64,000 nt of DNA from Lama guanicoe (taxonomy: Eukaryota). Where the stretch lies: NCBI GenBank assembly GCA_013239625.1, contig MU054338.1, forward strand, positions 3,867,371-3,931,370. The letters run 5' to 3'. Position 1 is the stretch's first letter. Every line of letters begins with the position of its first letter. This document shows positions 23,946 to 36,000 of the stretch, in pieces. The translations under genes and the position numbers were made by a program. Below the pieces are notes generated by a model, which was not told where the DNA came from, made no database searches, and saw only the letters and a program-made list of their open reading frames with translations.

Positions 23946-25036
23946 CTGGTGAGAACAAGCAAACACGACAGCTGAGAAGACGGGACAGAGCAGCCTGATG
24001 AGCAAGATGAGCCACCTCACACGACTGCATCTGCCCAGCGCGTCTCCACCGCACACGCCCTGGGCAGAGGGACCAGCAGGACCCCTGGGACCGGCTGGTC
24101 CAGCCCTCTCCAGGGAGGGGAGAGCACTCGGTGGCCGGGACGCTTGTCACCGGGGACACCGGTGGAGGTCAGGGCACGTGGTCTCCCTCCAGCTCAGAGC
24201 TGCACGGCTGACTTCCTGCCCTGGAGACCCCAGCCACCGCTTTCCGAGAAGCAGGATGTTGAGGAAATGACTCTCTTTCCAATTCCAGTAACTGTGATTT
24301 GAGGGTGGGGGGCTCAGGGACATTTGAAAACTGGACTGTAGACCATCGATTTCACCATCTGGGCATGAATATCTAAGTGGGGGTGTGGGGGGCACGGGAC
24401 CTCAGGCAGCAGCTTATCTGCTGAGAGGGGCGGGGCGGGAATAAACACACAGGTGCAACCTGGCTCTGCGTACGGAGGCCCTGCTGCGAGACTGCTACTT
24501 GGGTTTCAAGTCTGTCTCTGCTGACTGCAAACGTAGGCTCTTCGTTAAATGCCCCTTATTTTCCAGCTGCTACGCAACGCTACAAGAAAACATATGCTTC
24601 TGGCCTATATAATCCCAGGGCCCCAAAGGACTTTTTTTTTTTTTTAAACAAGCAATTTCTGAGCTGACTCCCAGGCACAGTCCTTCTACTAGAAGTAGCA
24701 CACGTATGCGAATCCCTGAGCTGCTCAGCTGCAGAAGAGGGAGGGGAGACGCCCATCCAGGGATAGCAGGCCGAGGCCCTGTCAAAGCCCTGCGTGCGTG
24801 GGAGCGACTCGAGCCCTGGGCAATCCGGCCCTCCATGCAGAGCCCTTCTCATGGCCCCTTTCTCTCAGAGCCATAGAGTTCCTGGCAGTCTGGCTACTTG
24901 GCCAGTCAGCTGCAGGGACACAGGGACACCTCTGAGCAAATTCAGATGCCTCAGCACAGGCCGGCTCGGGCACTGCTCAGGGCAGCCAGCAGTCCATGCA
25001 CTCGGTGAAACCCTCCCCGCCCCGTCGCCGACGGAC

Positions 25037-25155
25037 CTCAAGTGCTGGTGCCTCGTCAGAGGGACTTCTCTGGGCAGGGTTGTCTGGCGAGGCGGATGCT
25101 GCGGCTCCCGGGCAGTCTGCTGGGATGCTGACCCCATTGGTGCCGCTGCTCGGGA
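25037..25155 (-). CDS. RANBP3: RANBP3 exon 8, VPSSGTNGVSIPADCPG...DEAPALE
   Basis: ccctcag| ... GAG|gtccgt; 119 nt restores phase 0. Confidence 0.88.
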
Positions 25156-26147
25156 CTGAGGGCAGAAGGACAGCCGGGTCTCAGGGGCTAGTGCAGTAAC
25201 CCCTCAGTGCTCCCTCCGAACCCTGGGCCCGTAGTGTAAAGTCTCCTTTTTTAAGGAAAGGATCTGGTATCACTACTGAAAGTCACAAATTCTTAGGTTA
25301 AAAAAAAAAACCCCAAACTAAAACTGAAACCTCAGAAAAGTGAGAATACCTTAATGCTTATTCCACAAAGAACCATGTGAATTTTCAGTGTATTCACAAA
25401 CAATAGCATTAAAGGAAAAAAAAAAAGAAGAAGAAAATATATTTGGGGAACAATTACGGGTTTTATAAAACCGGATTTACTGACAGAGTCTTTATTCTAT
25501 GCACTTTCCCTTTTTTTAAACAGTTGAGATTATACAACACGCACAACTTTAAATCTGGCTTTGACTGTTCAAGCATTGGACCAAAAAATCTCCCAGGTAA
25601 TTAAATGCTCCACAAATGTTCAGTTTCTCCCAGGTGGGATGCCGCACCGTTTCCGATCAAGGTTTTGAATAGCAGGGGAAGATTAAGAGAAAGAACAGTT
25701 TGTCAACAGCGAGGAAATCACGGAAGAACTGAACCCACTCCCTGTGCAAATGTAAGAGACGGGCGGTGCAGGAGGTGTGTCTAACGCTGTCAAGTAAGAC
25801 GGCAAAGTGCATCTGATCAAATCACTCTTCCAGGCTCTTAGACACACAGAGCTCAGTTTTGCCTGCGAACACGTAGGGACAAACCCGCCCTGCTCCGGGG
25901 GGCCAGCCTTCATGATGCCAGCGGGCGCACGAAGCACGTCCTCCCAGCAGCCGCGGCCTCAGCGCTGCAGGGAGACGGGAAACGCCTGTCCCCCTGGCTC
26001 ATCAGGGATTTGAGGATCGTTTCCCCAGCGCTCTCCTCCCCCAGAGCGTTCGGCAGAGAGGGCCAAAGCCACCATGTGGAGACCCAGCCGTCCCAGGGAG
26101 ACGCTCCCGGGCCGTGTGAGCCCAGGCGCCAGGCCCGGCTTACTCAC

Positions 26148-26240
26148 CCGGCTGAGAGAGCGCCCTTGGCTGAGGGGCCTGGAGCACCGCCGGGCGGAGC
26201 ACGCTCCGCTGCTGCTCCTTCGGCTTCTGGCTCGGCAGAC
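26148..26240 (-). CDS. RANBP3: RANBP3 exon 7, GLPSQKPKEQQRSVLRPAVLQAPQPRALSQP
   Basis: ttcccag| ... |gtgagt; 93 nt. Confidence 0.95.
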
Positions 26241-27166
26241 CTGGGAACAGAGATCAGCATGCCCGGGCCCTCAGACCACATGGCAGAAAGGCCACCCGTA
26301 CCCTCGCTGGCTCTCAGGTGCTTTACAGAAAAATCAGCCTCAGGAACCCATCTGTTGTCCCTCCTGGGCTGGACTTTCCAGGGAAGCACATTAAAAACTA
26401 AAACAAAACCCAAGATATTTCCCTTTCAGACCAACTCTGGCTGTTGCTATTTTTACCTGTGATTAAATGAATCCCCATGACGCTGATCCTGCCTGCAAAC
26501 GCACCCAGTAGGAACAGTAACCCTACAGAGGGAGCCAAGGGATAGTCGTTCTCAAGTGTGGGGCTCAGGGTCACGTGCAGACAGCGGGGGAAACAGTGAT
26601 GCCACAGCTGACCCAGAGTTTAGGACTCTGCTCGCGGTCGCAGGTCGCAAGGTACCCTTTGCACCTGCTTCTCCAAATGCCACTCTGAGAAAATCCCTCT
26701 GCCAAACATACAGGACAAGGCCACAAGAAGGCTCCCGGCCCTGCACGGGCTTCCCCGCTGGACCTGCTGCGCTCGGACAGCACCATCGCTGGGCCCTGCT
26801 CACCAGCAGCCACTAAACTGTGCACACGCTGCTGGCTGGGGTGAACGGTGTGGCGTGCTGTGGCCAGAACGCTTTGCAGAGGCAGTCTGAACCAACTGAG
26901 CTCTGGCCAGGCACAGAGCCCAAATGTCCCACACCAAGCTGAGCCTGCCCCCTGCCACTGTCTCCGCAGGGGGCGGGCTCCCAGGTAGGAGAACCTTCTG
27001 GGTCTGACAGGCTGTTTGACGAGGCTGTCTGGTGCTCACATGTCATCAGGTATGTGAGACGACCCAGAGAGAGGCAGAGCCCAGAGCACAGGCAAGTTGA
27101 GGCTGCCAGGCCCTGGAAGGGGGCGAGAAGGCCACTCCACGCTCCTCTTCAAAGGCGGACACCTAC

Positions 27167-27232
27167 CTGCACTGGGTGCCTGGCCATGGATGAGTGTGGG
27201 CGGCTTCAACCGGAATCCACTGCTCTTTTCCT
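27167..27232 (-). CDS. RANBP3: RANBP3 exon 6, EEKSSGFRLKPPTLIHGQAPSA
   Basis: cttgtag| ... |gtaggt; 66 nt. Confidence 0.95.
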
Positions 27233-28134
27233 CTACAAGCACAACACAGAAGATAAAAGCATGCCTGCCTAGGCCGGGGAAGCAGAACTGGGAGAGGTCA
27301 GGGGCAGGAGAGGACTGTGGTCTGGGCCTCAAGGGAGAACCAGGAGAAATATCTCCAAGTCAAAACAGCAATGTCGAAGCCCCCTCTGATTCCCTAGTCT
27401 GTAAGGCAGCCTGGGGCAGGGGGTGGGGAGAGGAGGAGGGCCGCAGGCAGGGCCGGTCAACCCACGGGCCACCTCCCCAGCTGCCTGCCAGGGGCTGAGG
27501 GGCTAGGAAGCTGTACTGCACTCGAGGGCCCTGAGGGACGCCAGGGAGCCACAGAGTAAAGGTCCCTGGGGCCTGAATCCCTTTGCAGGAGGACATGTCT
27601 TGCCAGAGGACATGTCTGTCATTAGGAAAAGCCTCTGTGCTACCAGCAGATGTTGGGGAAATGAGACACGCTTTCTGCGGCGAAAGAGCAGATGTGGCAG
27701 CCGGTCAGCTCGCTCTCTCCAGATGTGCCGGAGCGAGCGCTTCACCGTGCGCTCATGAGAGCACAGGGAGGCCCGGGAGCAGGAGGCGGGGTCGCCCGCA
27801 GGCCTGTGTCTGGGCTGACACCCATGCAGGGCTGACAAATACAGGGGCTCCTGGGGTGGCTCAGTCTGGCTGCAGCTCAGCCACGGTGTGCAGACCCCTC
27901 ACTCTCTACATCTTGGTGACTCTGCCCTCAGAATTGGGCAGCAGGCGGGGGTGGGGGTCAGTCTAACGCAATCCAGGACCAGAAGGATCAGCATAAAAAG
28001 CTTTGTGGCTCTAACAGCACAGTCTGCCTCAGGAAAAGCACAGGGACAGCAGCATTTTGCTCCACCAGAGCAGCCGCGATTTTGTGTTAAGGTCTAATTC
28101 ATGGGAAAAAACCCTCGTCAGGGCTCAGGGAACA

Positions 28135-28680
28135 AGATCAATACAGAGAAACCAGTTGTGTCTTTCTACATACTAGCAATGAACAATCCAAAAGTGAAGC
28201 TAAGAAAACAATTCTGGCAGGGAGGATGTAGCTCAGGTGGTAGAGCGCATGCTTAGCAAGCATGCTAATAAGGTCCTGGGTTCAATCCCTAGCACCTCCT
28301 CTAAAAGTAAGTAAATAAACAAACCTAATCCCCACCCCAAAACAGGAAAACAATTCCATTTATAAAAGAAAAAAAATACTTAGGAATAAATTTAACAAAT
28401 AAAAACTACAGAACACTGGTAGAAGTACAGATTTAAATAAATGGGAAGATACCCCAAAAGGTCACATGGTACATGGTTCCACTGTCATGAAACGTCCAGA
28501 ACAGGCAAATCCACAGAGACAGAACTGCATTCATGGCTGCCAGGGGTGGGGAAAGACGAAACGGGGAGGGACTGCTCAGGGCACAGGGTCTCTATTTGGA
28601 GTGACGACAATGTTCTAAGGTTAATTCCGGTGATGGTTGCACACCTGCGGATATACTAGAAACCCTTCAACTGTACACAG
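28135..28680 (+). mobile_element. Old L1 fragments (ORF2 piece and 3' end) flanking the SINE
   Basis: L1-typical tracts ctagcaatgaacaatcc, tacttaggaataaatttaacaaa, ggcaaatccacagagacaga. Confidence 0.7.
28215..28345 (+). mobile_element. tRNA-Ala(AGC)-derived SINE (camelid-type) inserted into an L1 fragment
   Basis: A box TAGCTCAGGTGG, B box GGTTCAATCCC, A-rich tail; exact 11-bp target-site duplication GAAAACAATTC at 28204-28214 and 28346-28356. Confidence 0.85.
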
Positions 28681-30846
28681 AAGCATACCACAGACACACC
28701 TTGTTAGCCCAAACTTTCAGGTATGAAACAAAATCAAATCTGGGTTCCCAATCAAACAAGAGGCCCCCTTCCTGCTGTCTGCATGTACGTGAGCCAAACT
28801 GCTCTCCTTGGGCAAAAACAGGGTCATAACAACTCTAACTGCTAGCTTGTTAGTACAGAGGAGCTGAGCCTGAAGGGCTTCCAGGGGCCTGCGCTGGTGG
28901 GGTTGGTGTCTCTCCTGTAAGAGAGGGGTCATAAAAACCACACTGAGGAGAGTCAGACAGCCCAGGATACGTGGGAAGACGGGCTGCCAGATGTTCCTTT
29001 GGGGAAAGGAAATGCTGAATTATATTTCCAAAGCTCAGGATTACTCAGAAGATGATCGGCAATTTAGAAACATAAAAAAAAGAGATGAAATTCATAATTT
29101 AGGTAAGTTTTAAAAAAAAGTCCTTAGAGCCGGCTTTGCAGTGTTCACACTGAGGCTACAGACTGATCTCCACCACTCTGCTCTGATCCATTTGACCCTT
29201 GGGATTGACCCAGGCTGACCAGCAGGGGAGACAGGCCCAGACAGTCCCTGCCACTGACCATCAGTCCCGGGCATGGTGCCTGGCCCACCCCACCCCGCAG
29301 ATGCACAGGAAATCCATGCTGAATGCTGCAGTAAATCGACACACAGACAGACAAGGCGTGCCACACTTCTGATGGCAACCGGGGCCCTGGGACAGAAGGG
29401 GCCCAGAGCAGCAGGGAGGTGTGCTTTTGGGGCAGCCGGAGGCCCCCGTCGCAGGCCCCATCTCCACTAAAACAAATGCAGTCTCTTCTCACAGCCTCCG
29501 GAAGCTCACTTTCCCTGCAACACAGTCAGGGTGCAACGAAGAGGCACTGTCTGGTGGCCAGAGCACCACCATGCACGCCATGGTCACAGCGGTGCAGAGG
29601 CCACTGTACTGGGGTCTTCTCAAGGGCACATGCGTGCCCGCCCCATGAACTTGCTGGAGGAGGAAGACACTCCCTCTGGGGCAACCCCTGCCCTCCTCCA
29701 AATCATGCCTGAAGCAAGCAGGCTTCTTTCTGAGGGCGCATTTTGCCTGACCTCAGAGACCCCCAAATGACGTCTGAGGCAGGCAATGCTCACCCTTGAG
29801 GGAATCCTGGATTAAACCAGGAGGACAGATCAGAATTTAACCTGATGTGTCCCAGAGGTTAAAAAGAATCCAAGAGAAGGCTGTCTGGTGGGGACTGGAG
29901 CAAAGAGTAAATGCATTGAGGACAAAGGGAGCCAGGTTTCTTACTGTCAGAAAAGAGAGTTAGAAATATAAAGGGGGGAGCCAAAATGAACCCTGTTGGC
30001 ACAGGACTGGAAGCATCTATGTGAACCTGGGGTTCCCTACACATGCAGATAGAGAGAGAGAGACAGAGTCAAACCAACTGTCAAAGTTCTAACAACTCGC
30101 CTCTTCCCTTGATGGCGCCCTCAAGCCCAGTATGACTTATCTCGCCCTCTTTTGAAGTCGGCAGTGAATTTATATAAGGCAGGTTGAGTTACAGAATTCG
30201 GGTGGTTACACTTGCTCATTAAATCTTTTATGAGGAATTTCAGCCACGTGGGAGAAACTTTCAAGAAATCCTGGAGCTGGGTCTCTAGTGAAAGACCGAA
30301 AAAGGAAGGCTCCACATTCTTTGGAAAGGATCACGCTGTTTTCCTTAAAGCTTTAAAGCTGTGATTAAATATATTTATCCAAACGGATCTAAGTGATATG
30401 AATGAATGTGAAAATTTAATACCCAGAGAATGGGTCTGGAGAATTACACAAGCATCAGAGCGGTTACCGCGGGGATGCGGAGCGGGAAAGAGGCAGGCAG
30501 ACACTCATACTCGAAGTATTTCCGATTTTTTAATGGTACTGATGCATTATTTGTGTAAAATTTTGAAAGATGAGTATTACATTACAGCTTTTTTTTTAAA
30601 GGACTCGAAACCCCTCGTACCCAGGCCCGGCTTGCAGAAACAGGAGTAAGGGCTTATGAAGCCTGCTTCATACTGGATTCCAAATCTACGAGCTGACGAG
30701 TTAGGAAACATTTAGGAACTGAAAAAGAATGCTGATTTCAGACTGCCCATTCCTATTCAAGATCTTATTTTGCAGTATCAACTGCTGTCCATCCCAGGAA
30801 ACCCCCAGCGACTGGCTGTGACAGGCAAAGGGATGGGAGGGCTCAC

Positions 30847-30918
30847 CTGGTTCTGAGTCAGAATTGCCTGCAGATGGTTCGCAGAAGGTTGATGGCATAA
30901 AAACATTGTTTTTTGATA
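30847..30918 (-). CDS. RANBP3: RANBP3 alternative cassette exon, VSKNNVFMPSTFCEPSAGNSDSEP
   Basis: ccttgtcaacag| ... CAG|gtgagc; 72 nt, symmetric phase 1, open in frame. Confidence 0.75.
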
Positions 30919-32803
30919 CTGTTGACAAGGAGGTGCAGGCAGGGGAGGGAACAAGAGGAAAAACAGCATGAGTAGGCGGGCAGACATGCACGGGGTCACT
31001 GCTCCCACCTGAGGGGTCATCTCCAGGCCCCACCGTTGGGGCGGGGGGTCAGCACTGCGAACCTGGCCTTTAGCTACTTCCAGTAAAAGTGATACCCTGG
31101 GATTCTTTCTACAGCAAAAAAAAGTGGGTCTTCAGTGGAACCACCTCAGTCAGTCTGATGTCGAGCAGTCAACTCTGGTCTACTGTGGCTGCCTGCCTCG
31201 TCCTCATGCCGCTGTGGGCACAGCCAGGAGGGAAGGAGACGCGTCGGATATTCTGAGTCTCCCGTGGGGCTGAGCCTCAGCCCTGCTCCTTGTCACCAGT
31301 TGGGGCTCACAGGTTGGCTGCAAACCCCCTCCCCTCAACTGTTTAGGGCCTTACTTTACAACCTCAAGTGCTTCCTAGGGTGCGGCCCAGGCAGTAACAG
31401 CAGGACTGAAGAACTAACTGTGTGGACAGAGGCAGCAAAGAGGAATCAGAGCGCAGTGCAAAGACCATGCTGTCAAGTGCGGCCCTGCTCATCTCTCCGC
31501 TCCCTGATGCCTGAGAGCCCAGTGTCCCCTACACGGTGACACATGAGAGGACCGGAAGAATGCCTGGCAGTCCTTTGCCCCTTCAGCCTATGGCCACAGC
31601 ACAAATCACCTCCTCTCCTCTCTGCCACACCTTCTTGGTGCAGGAAATGTGGTTCCGCAGGGGACAGTGAATGGAGGGAATACAGTCAGTGGCCGGAAAG
31701 TGTAAGGCCTTCCATAGTAAGGCCCATGCAACAAGTGTGCAGAGACACTTAAGAAAAGGATGTCAGCTGCGGCCTGGACTGCAAGTCGTCTGCAGGGCCC
31801 CTCAGGCCACAGCCTGCCCAGCAAATGACAGTGCCTCTCTTCAGGGGGTTGTGAAAGAGGATGTGGCAATGCCCCAAATAAATAGTCAGGAAAACAGGTA
31901 TGAAATCAAACGCGTCACAGGGACGATCTGAAAAAGACACTTTCTACACTGTACATCCCTGTGACGTGCGTATCACTCTTGTAAGCAGAAACAAAGCTTC
32001 CAGGAGTGTCTTTCTCCCTTAAAGGGATATCCTTAAGGCTTACAGCTGTAAATGTTTTACATGAATTCCCAAGAATGAACTTTAAGCTGGGTAACTGGAG
32101 AGTATCTAAGTCAGTACTGTGGAACTCATGGGACTTTGGCAGAGGGGACCGAGCCGGGGTAGGGAGCAGAGGGGGCAGGCCCTACCGCAGCTTTCACCCT
32201 TGAACGTGCAGAAGCGTGCCCAGGCTTGCAGAGCCTCCCAGTAAGCAGCCCCAGCATCTCCCTCTACCCTGGGAACCTGCCTCTTTCCGCACCAGCCTTT
32301 GTACAAGCCCCCAGGCTGGTCTGCGGGGCTGTGTGTGAGCAGAACTTGTCTCCATCTGGTGCTTCCATGCCCTGGGGCCCGGCCACCTCCATAGGGACAG
32401 GGTCCCAGCCTGGGCTTCTCAACTGGACCGCTGAGGTCTAGGCTCGTGGCTGAAGGGTCAGGAGAACACCCTACTGCCCACACCTCAGTCTCCAGACACA
32501 GCCAGCCAGCAGCCTTGCAAGGCAGACACGCACCGAATGGTCAGAGCCCTGATGGTCCTTTTCAGAGGGAGGTTAGTCCACTAGGCCCCACCCCTGCACA
32601 GTGTCACGGTCCCGCGTGCGGGCTGGGGAGAGCTGGGCTAGGCTCAGGCGGCTCTAACCTCGCTCCCAACAGAGACAGAGTCTCAGGCTGATTCTAACTG
32701 GATGAGCACAGGAGACGGACGACGGGTCTGAGACACTGGAGGGGAACAGCAGGCCCACAAACACGGACGCTGTTACTGTCCAGTGAGGGTCTGCAACTGT
32801 TAC

Positions 32804-32890
32804 CTGACTGTGAAGGTGGGAACTGGGTTAAAGAGGACGTCCTTTCTCGCTTGACAGGAGGGCAGTAATTTCCATCTTCTCGGTCAGAAT
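32804..32890 (-). CDS. RANBP3: RANBP3 exon 5, DSDREDGNYCPPVKRERTSSLTQFPPSQS (NLS and RxRxxS kinase site)
   Basis: ttttgtag| ... |gtaaca; 87 nt. Confidence 0.96.
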
Positions 32891-32976
32891 CTACAAAATA
32901 CGAGGAGGGGGAGAAAAATGAGGCTGCTTCCACTTTTACAACCAAAGATGGTAAAACATGTGAGAGATTTCCTCAC

Positions 32977-33013
32977 CTTCTCCACCTTCGGGGCTGGAGC
33001 CTCCGGCTGACCT
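32977..33013 (-). CDS. RANBP3: RANBP3 exon 4, RSAGGSSPEGGE
   Basis: atttcag| ... |gtgagg; 37 nt. Confidence 0.93.
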
Positions 33014-36000
33014 CTGAAATGAGAACACACGTCAGGGCAGTCAGAGGGCCGGCCGCCTAGGGCCCAGCAGCTCCTGAGTCCCGCCACGGATGGGTCCAGA
33101 AACGGGGTGCTGAGGGCGCACGGCATGAGCTCAGCTACTCGAGTCACAGACGGACTTTCAACCTAACACTCAAAAGACTCCCCCCGGGAACCTTCAGCGT
33201 CTGCCTTACCAGGCCTTGTGCCAAGGCATCCTCTTAATGGCTGGGAAGACACTCACAGCACCGGATCAGTTTCCTCGTTTCTCCACCAGGTACAGCTAAG
33301 TGGCGTGCCACCCCCGAATTCAAACAGGGAAACTAGATTGGATGTGGCCAGAGTTCCTTTTGCCCAGAGCTGGAAAGCGACCCTCTCTCCACTCTGGGGG
33401 GCAGCGAGACACTAGCTGTGGTGGTTTCACTCCCTGCCACGGCACACCCTGCAGTGTGGAACCCTATTTCAAGGTGGCCTACTGTTTCCAGAGCAACCAA
33501 GAGCTTTAGGCCTTGGACCAAAGCGTTCAGAACAGAACCACAGGTACAACTCAGACTACAGACCCGCTGAGCAGTCACAAGCTGAGAAAGCTGGCTAAAG
33601 AATTTCCTCCTTAACCTTTGGTTTTAGAATGTGAGCAACCAGCAATTGAGAAGACTTAAAATGAGCACCCCCCCACCCCACCCCAGGATAATACACAATC
33701 CCTCTGGGACTTACAATTCCTCAGAACTGAGCAGCCAAAAGCAGACTTTGAAGGGTGGACATCATTCCACCGGGAGTACCGGTTTCAGAGCAAGCAGGGA
33801 AGCCAATTTTCTTATTTTCAGAAAAGCCCCTCAAGGCTCAAGTTTAGCCAAATGAGGACCACCTGCCTCGAGCAGCTGTTTGGGGTTAACTGAGATGACG
33901 CCTGTGAAAGTGCTCCGCCTGCTGCAGGCAGCACGGGGGAGCAGTGACCGCTGTCAGAGAGGGAAGTGCGGACGAGCAGCCGGGGGCGGCACATGGTCCC
34001 CGGAAAAGGCTGAAAAGTATTTCCAGCTCCACAGGCCACATTTGGGCCACGTGTTGTAGATTCTTTATTTTTGTTTTTCCAGTCCTTTAAAAATGTAAAC
34101 ACCACCTTAGCTCTCAGGCTGGAGGACAAGAGGCCTCGGGCCAGATGCGGCAGGCCCGTCCTCAGGATGGTGAGCCCACAGGGTAAGAAAGGCACCCAAC
34201 TGGTCTCCGCCCTCCCCGCTAGGGACCGCCCATCAGAGGCTGGGAAACACACCCTCAGGGCCCAAAACAAAGTAAAGCACCCGAGGAATCAAGCAGGCTG
34301 GCCCCTGACAGGCACAAAGGGGCAGCCAGAGGTCGAGAGCTGAGGTGAAGGCCTGTGGAGCCTAGTCAGCATCTCCCTGCTCGGCCACTTCCTAAAGATG
34401 AACCCGGGCAAACTGTGTCACTGGGCCGGGCTTCCCCTTCCTCCCATGGAAAACGGAGGTGCTGGCGCTTCCTCCGCAGGGGGTGCCGCGGGGCAGGTGG
34501 AGCAGGGCTGCAGCTCAGGGTGGGTGTGAGGAAGAGTCAGGTGAAGGACCGGGACAGGGACTCTCGGAGGGGTGAAGAAGAGGGTCCAGCTCTCTGGGGG
34601 CTGAGCCACACCCCTGCAGCACCATCCTGCCGGCCACACTCACATCCTGGAGCCTCATCCCCAAAACATCAAGTCCTCCTGTCCAGAACTTCCCCACCTC
34701 AGGTGACACCCTCAAGGTGAAGCTCCAGGTACCTCCCCCTCCTCCACAGCGGCCCAGCCATCCCCAGCCCGCCCCCGCCCACGCCAACAAGCATTTCGAC
34801 TCTACCAAACCAGCCCGTGGCAGCCTCAAGGGGCCTGTGGGATACGCAGCTTCCTGCATGGCCGAGAGGGGGACAGGCGCAGAAGAGGACTGTGGTCTGG
34901 GCCTCAGGGGTCACGGGCCTGGAGAACCAGGAAAAATGTCTCCAAATTAAAACAGAAATGCCGAAGCCCCGTCTGATCCAATGGAGACGGACACTCTCTC
35001 TGGCCTCTGCAGACACTGCTCCCTCTCCCGCTGACACACTCCTGTCTCCACTCTCTCTTCCCTGACCCCCCAGATGAGAACAAACCCTTCGGGCTGGTGG
35101 CCTCACGGCTCCCTGAGCTTCTCCGTGGTCCTTATCCCAGTCATGTGGTCTGTGTCAGGGTCCCCCAGGGGCCTCTAAGTTTCAAAAGTGTCCTGGCCTC
35201 CAGGACACCACGGGGGCTCGCATGGCTTGGGTTTAGTGAAAGCACGTGGACCCCACGCACTCCGCCGGCCTAGGAGAAGCAGCCAGGGCACGCATCCCCC
35301 AAGCTATACACAGAGCAATGGACCTGAGAGCTGTGAGGCCTGAGGCTGGCTGCCCACCACCTCGCTCTCCAGAGGCCTCCTCGCTGGCTCCCTAGATTCA
35401 TTTCCACACGTGTGACGATCCCAGGGTTTTTCCTGCTACCGGAACTAAATGTATCATGTCCTGTTTTGTGGCTGAGCAAGTGGCCTGTCCTGGAGCCATC
35501 CCCCATGCCCTCAGGACTGCGAGCTCTGCGGCTGTCAGGTCCTCTCTGCTGCGTCCTGCTTCTGTCTGGACGTTCAGTGTCTGATCCCTGAAACTGGGGC
35601 ACTGAGTCTCCAACACTGTGACCAAATCCTCTCTTGTCCATTCCTCCTCCGTGCACTCCCCTACGCTCACGGGCCACTCCGGCCAGCGGAGGCAGCTCCT
35701 CTCCACCCAGCCCTCCAGCCTCTCTCGGGCCTCTACCCTGCTTGTGTGTCACAAAACTGGACGCTATCTACTGTGTCTGTCTGCTGCCGCCGTGAGGCCC
35801 TGCCCTGTCTGTTCCGCTCGCAGCCCATACACCCAACACTCAGGACACCACACGAAAGACGCTTGGCAAGTTACCTACTGCAGAAACGGAGCCGTGTCCT
35901 CTGCCACAGCCCTTTGGTCACCTGGAGAGGAAAGGGCACCGGCCAGAGGAGATCAGATGCTCCTAGACCCCCCAACCCCAGGAGACCCTTAAACCCACAC

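Noticed and set aside
28219-28300. tRNA-Ala gene
   Set aside because: Distorted anticodon and variable region, SINE tail and target-site duplication show it is a retroposon
32027-32034. U12-type 5' splice motif ATATCCTT (also near 36834 and 56023)
   Set aside because: On the plus strand, antisense to RANBP3, with no associated exon
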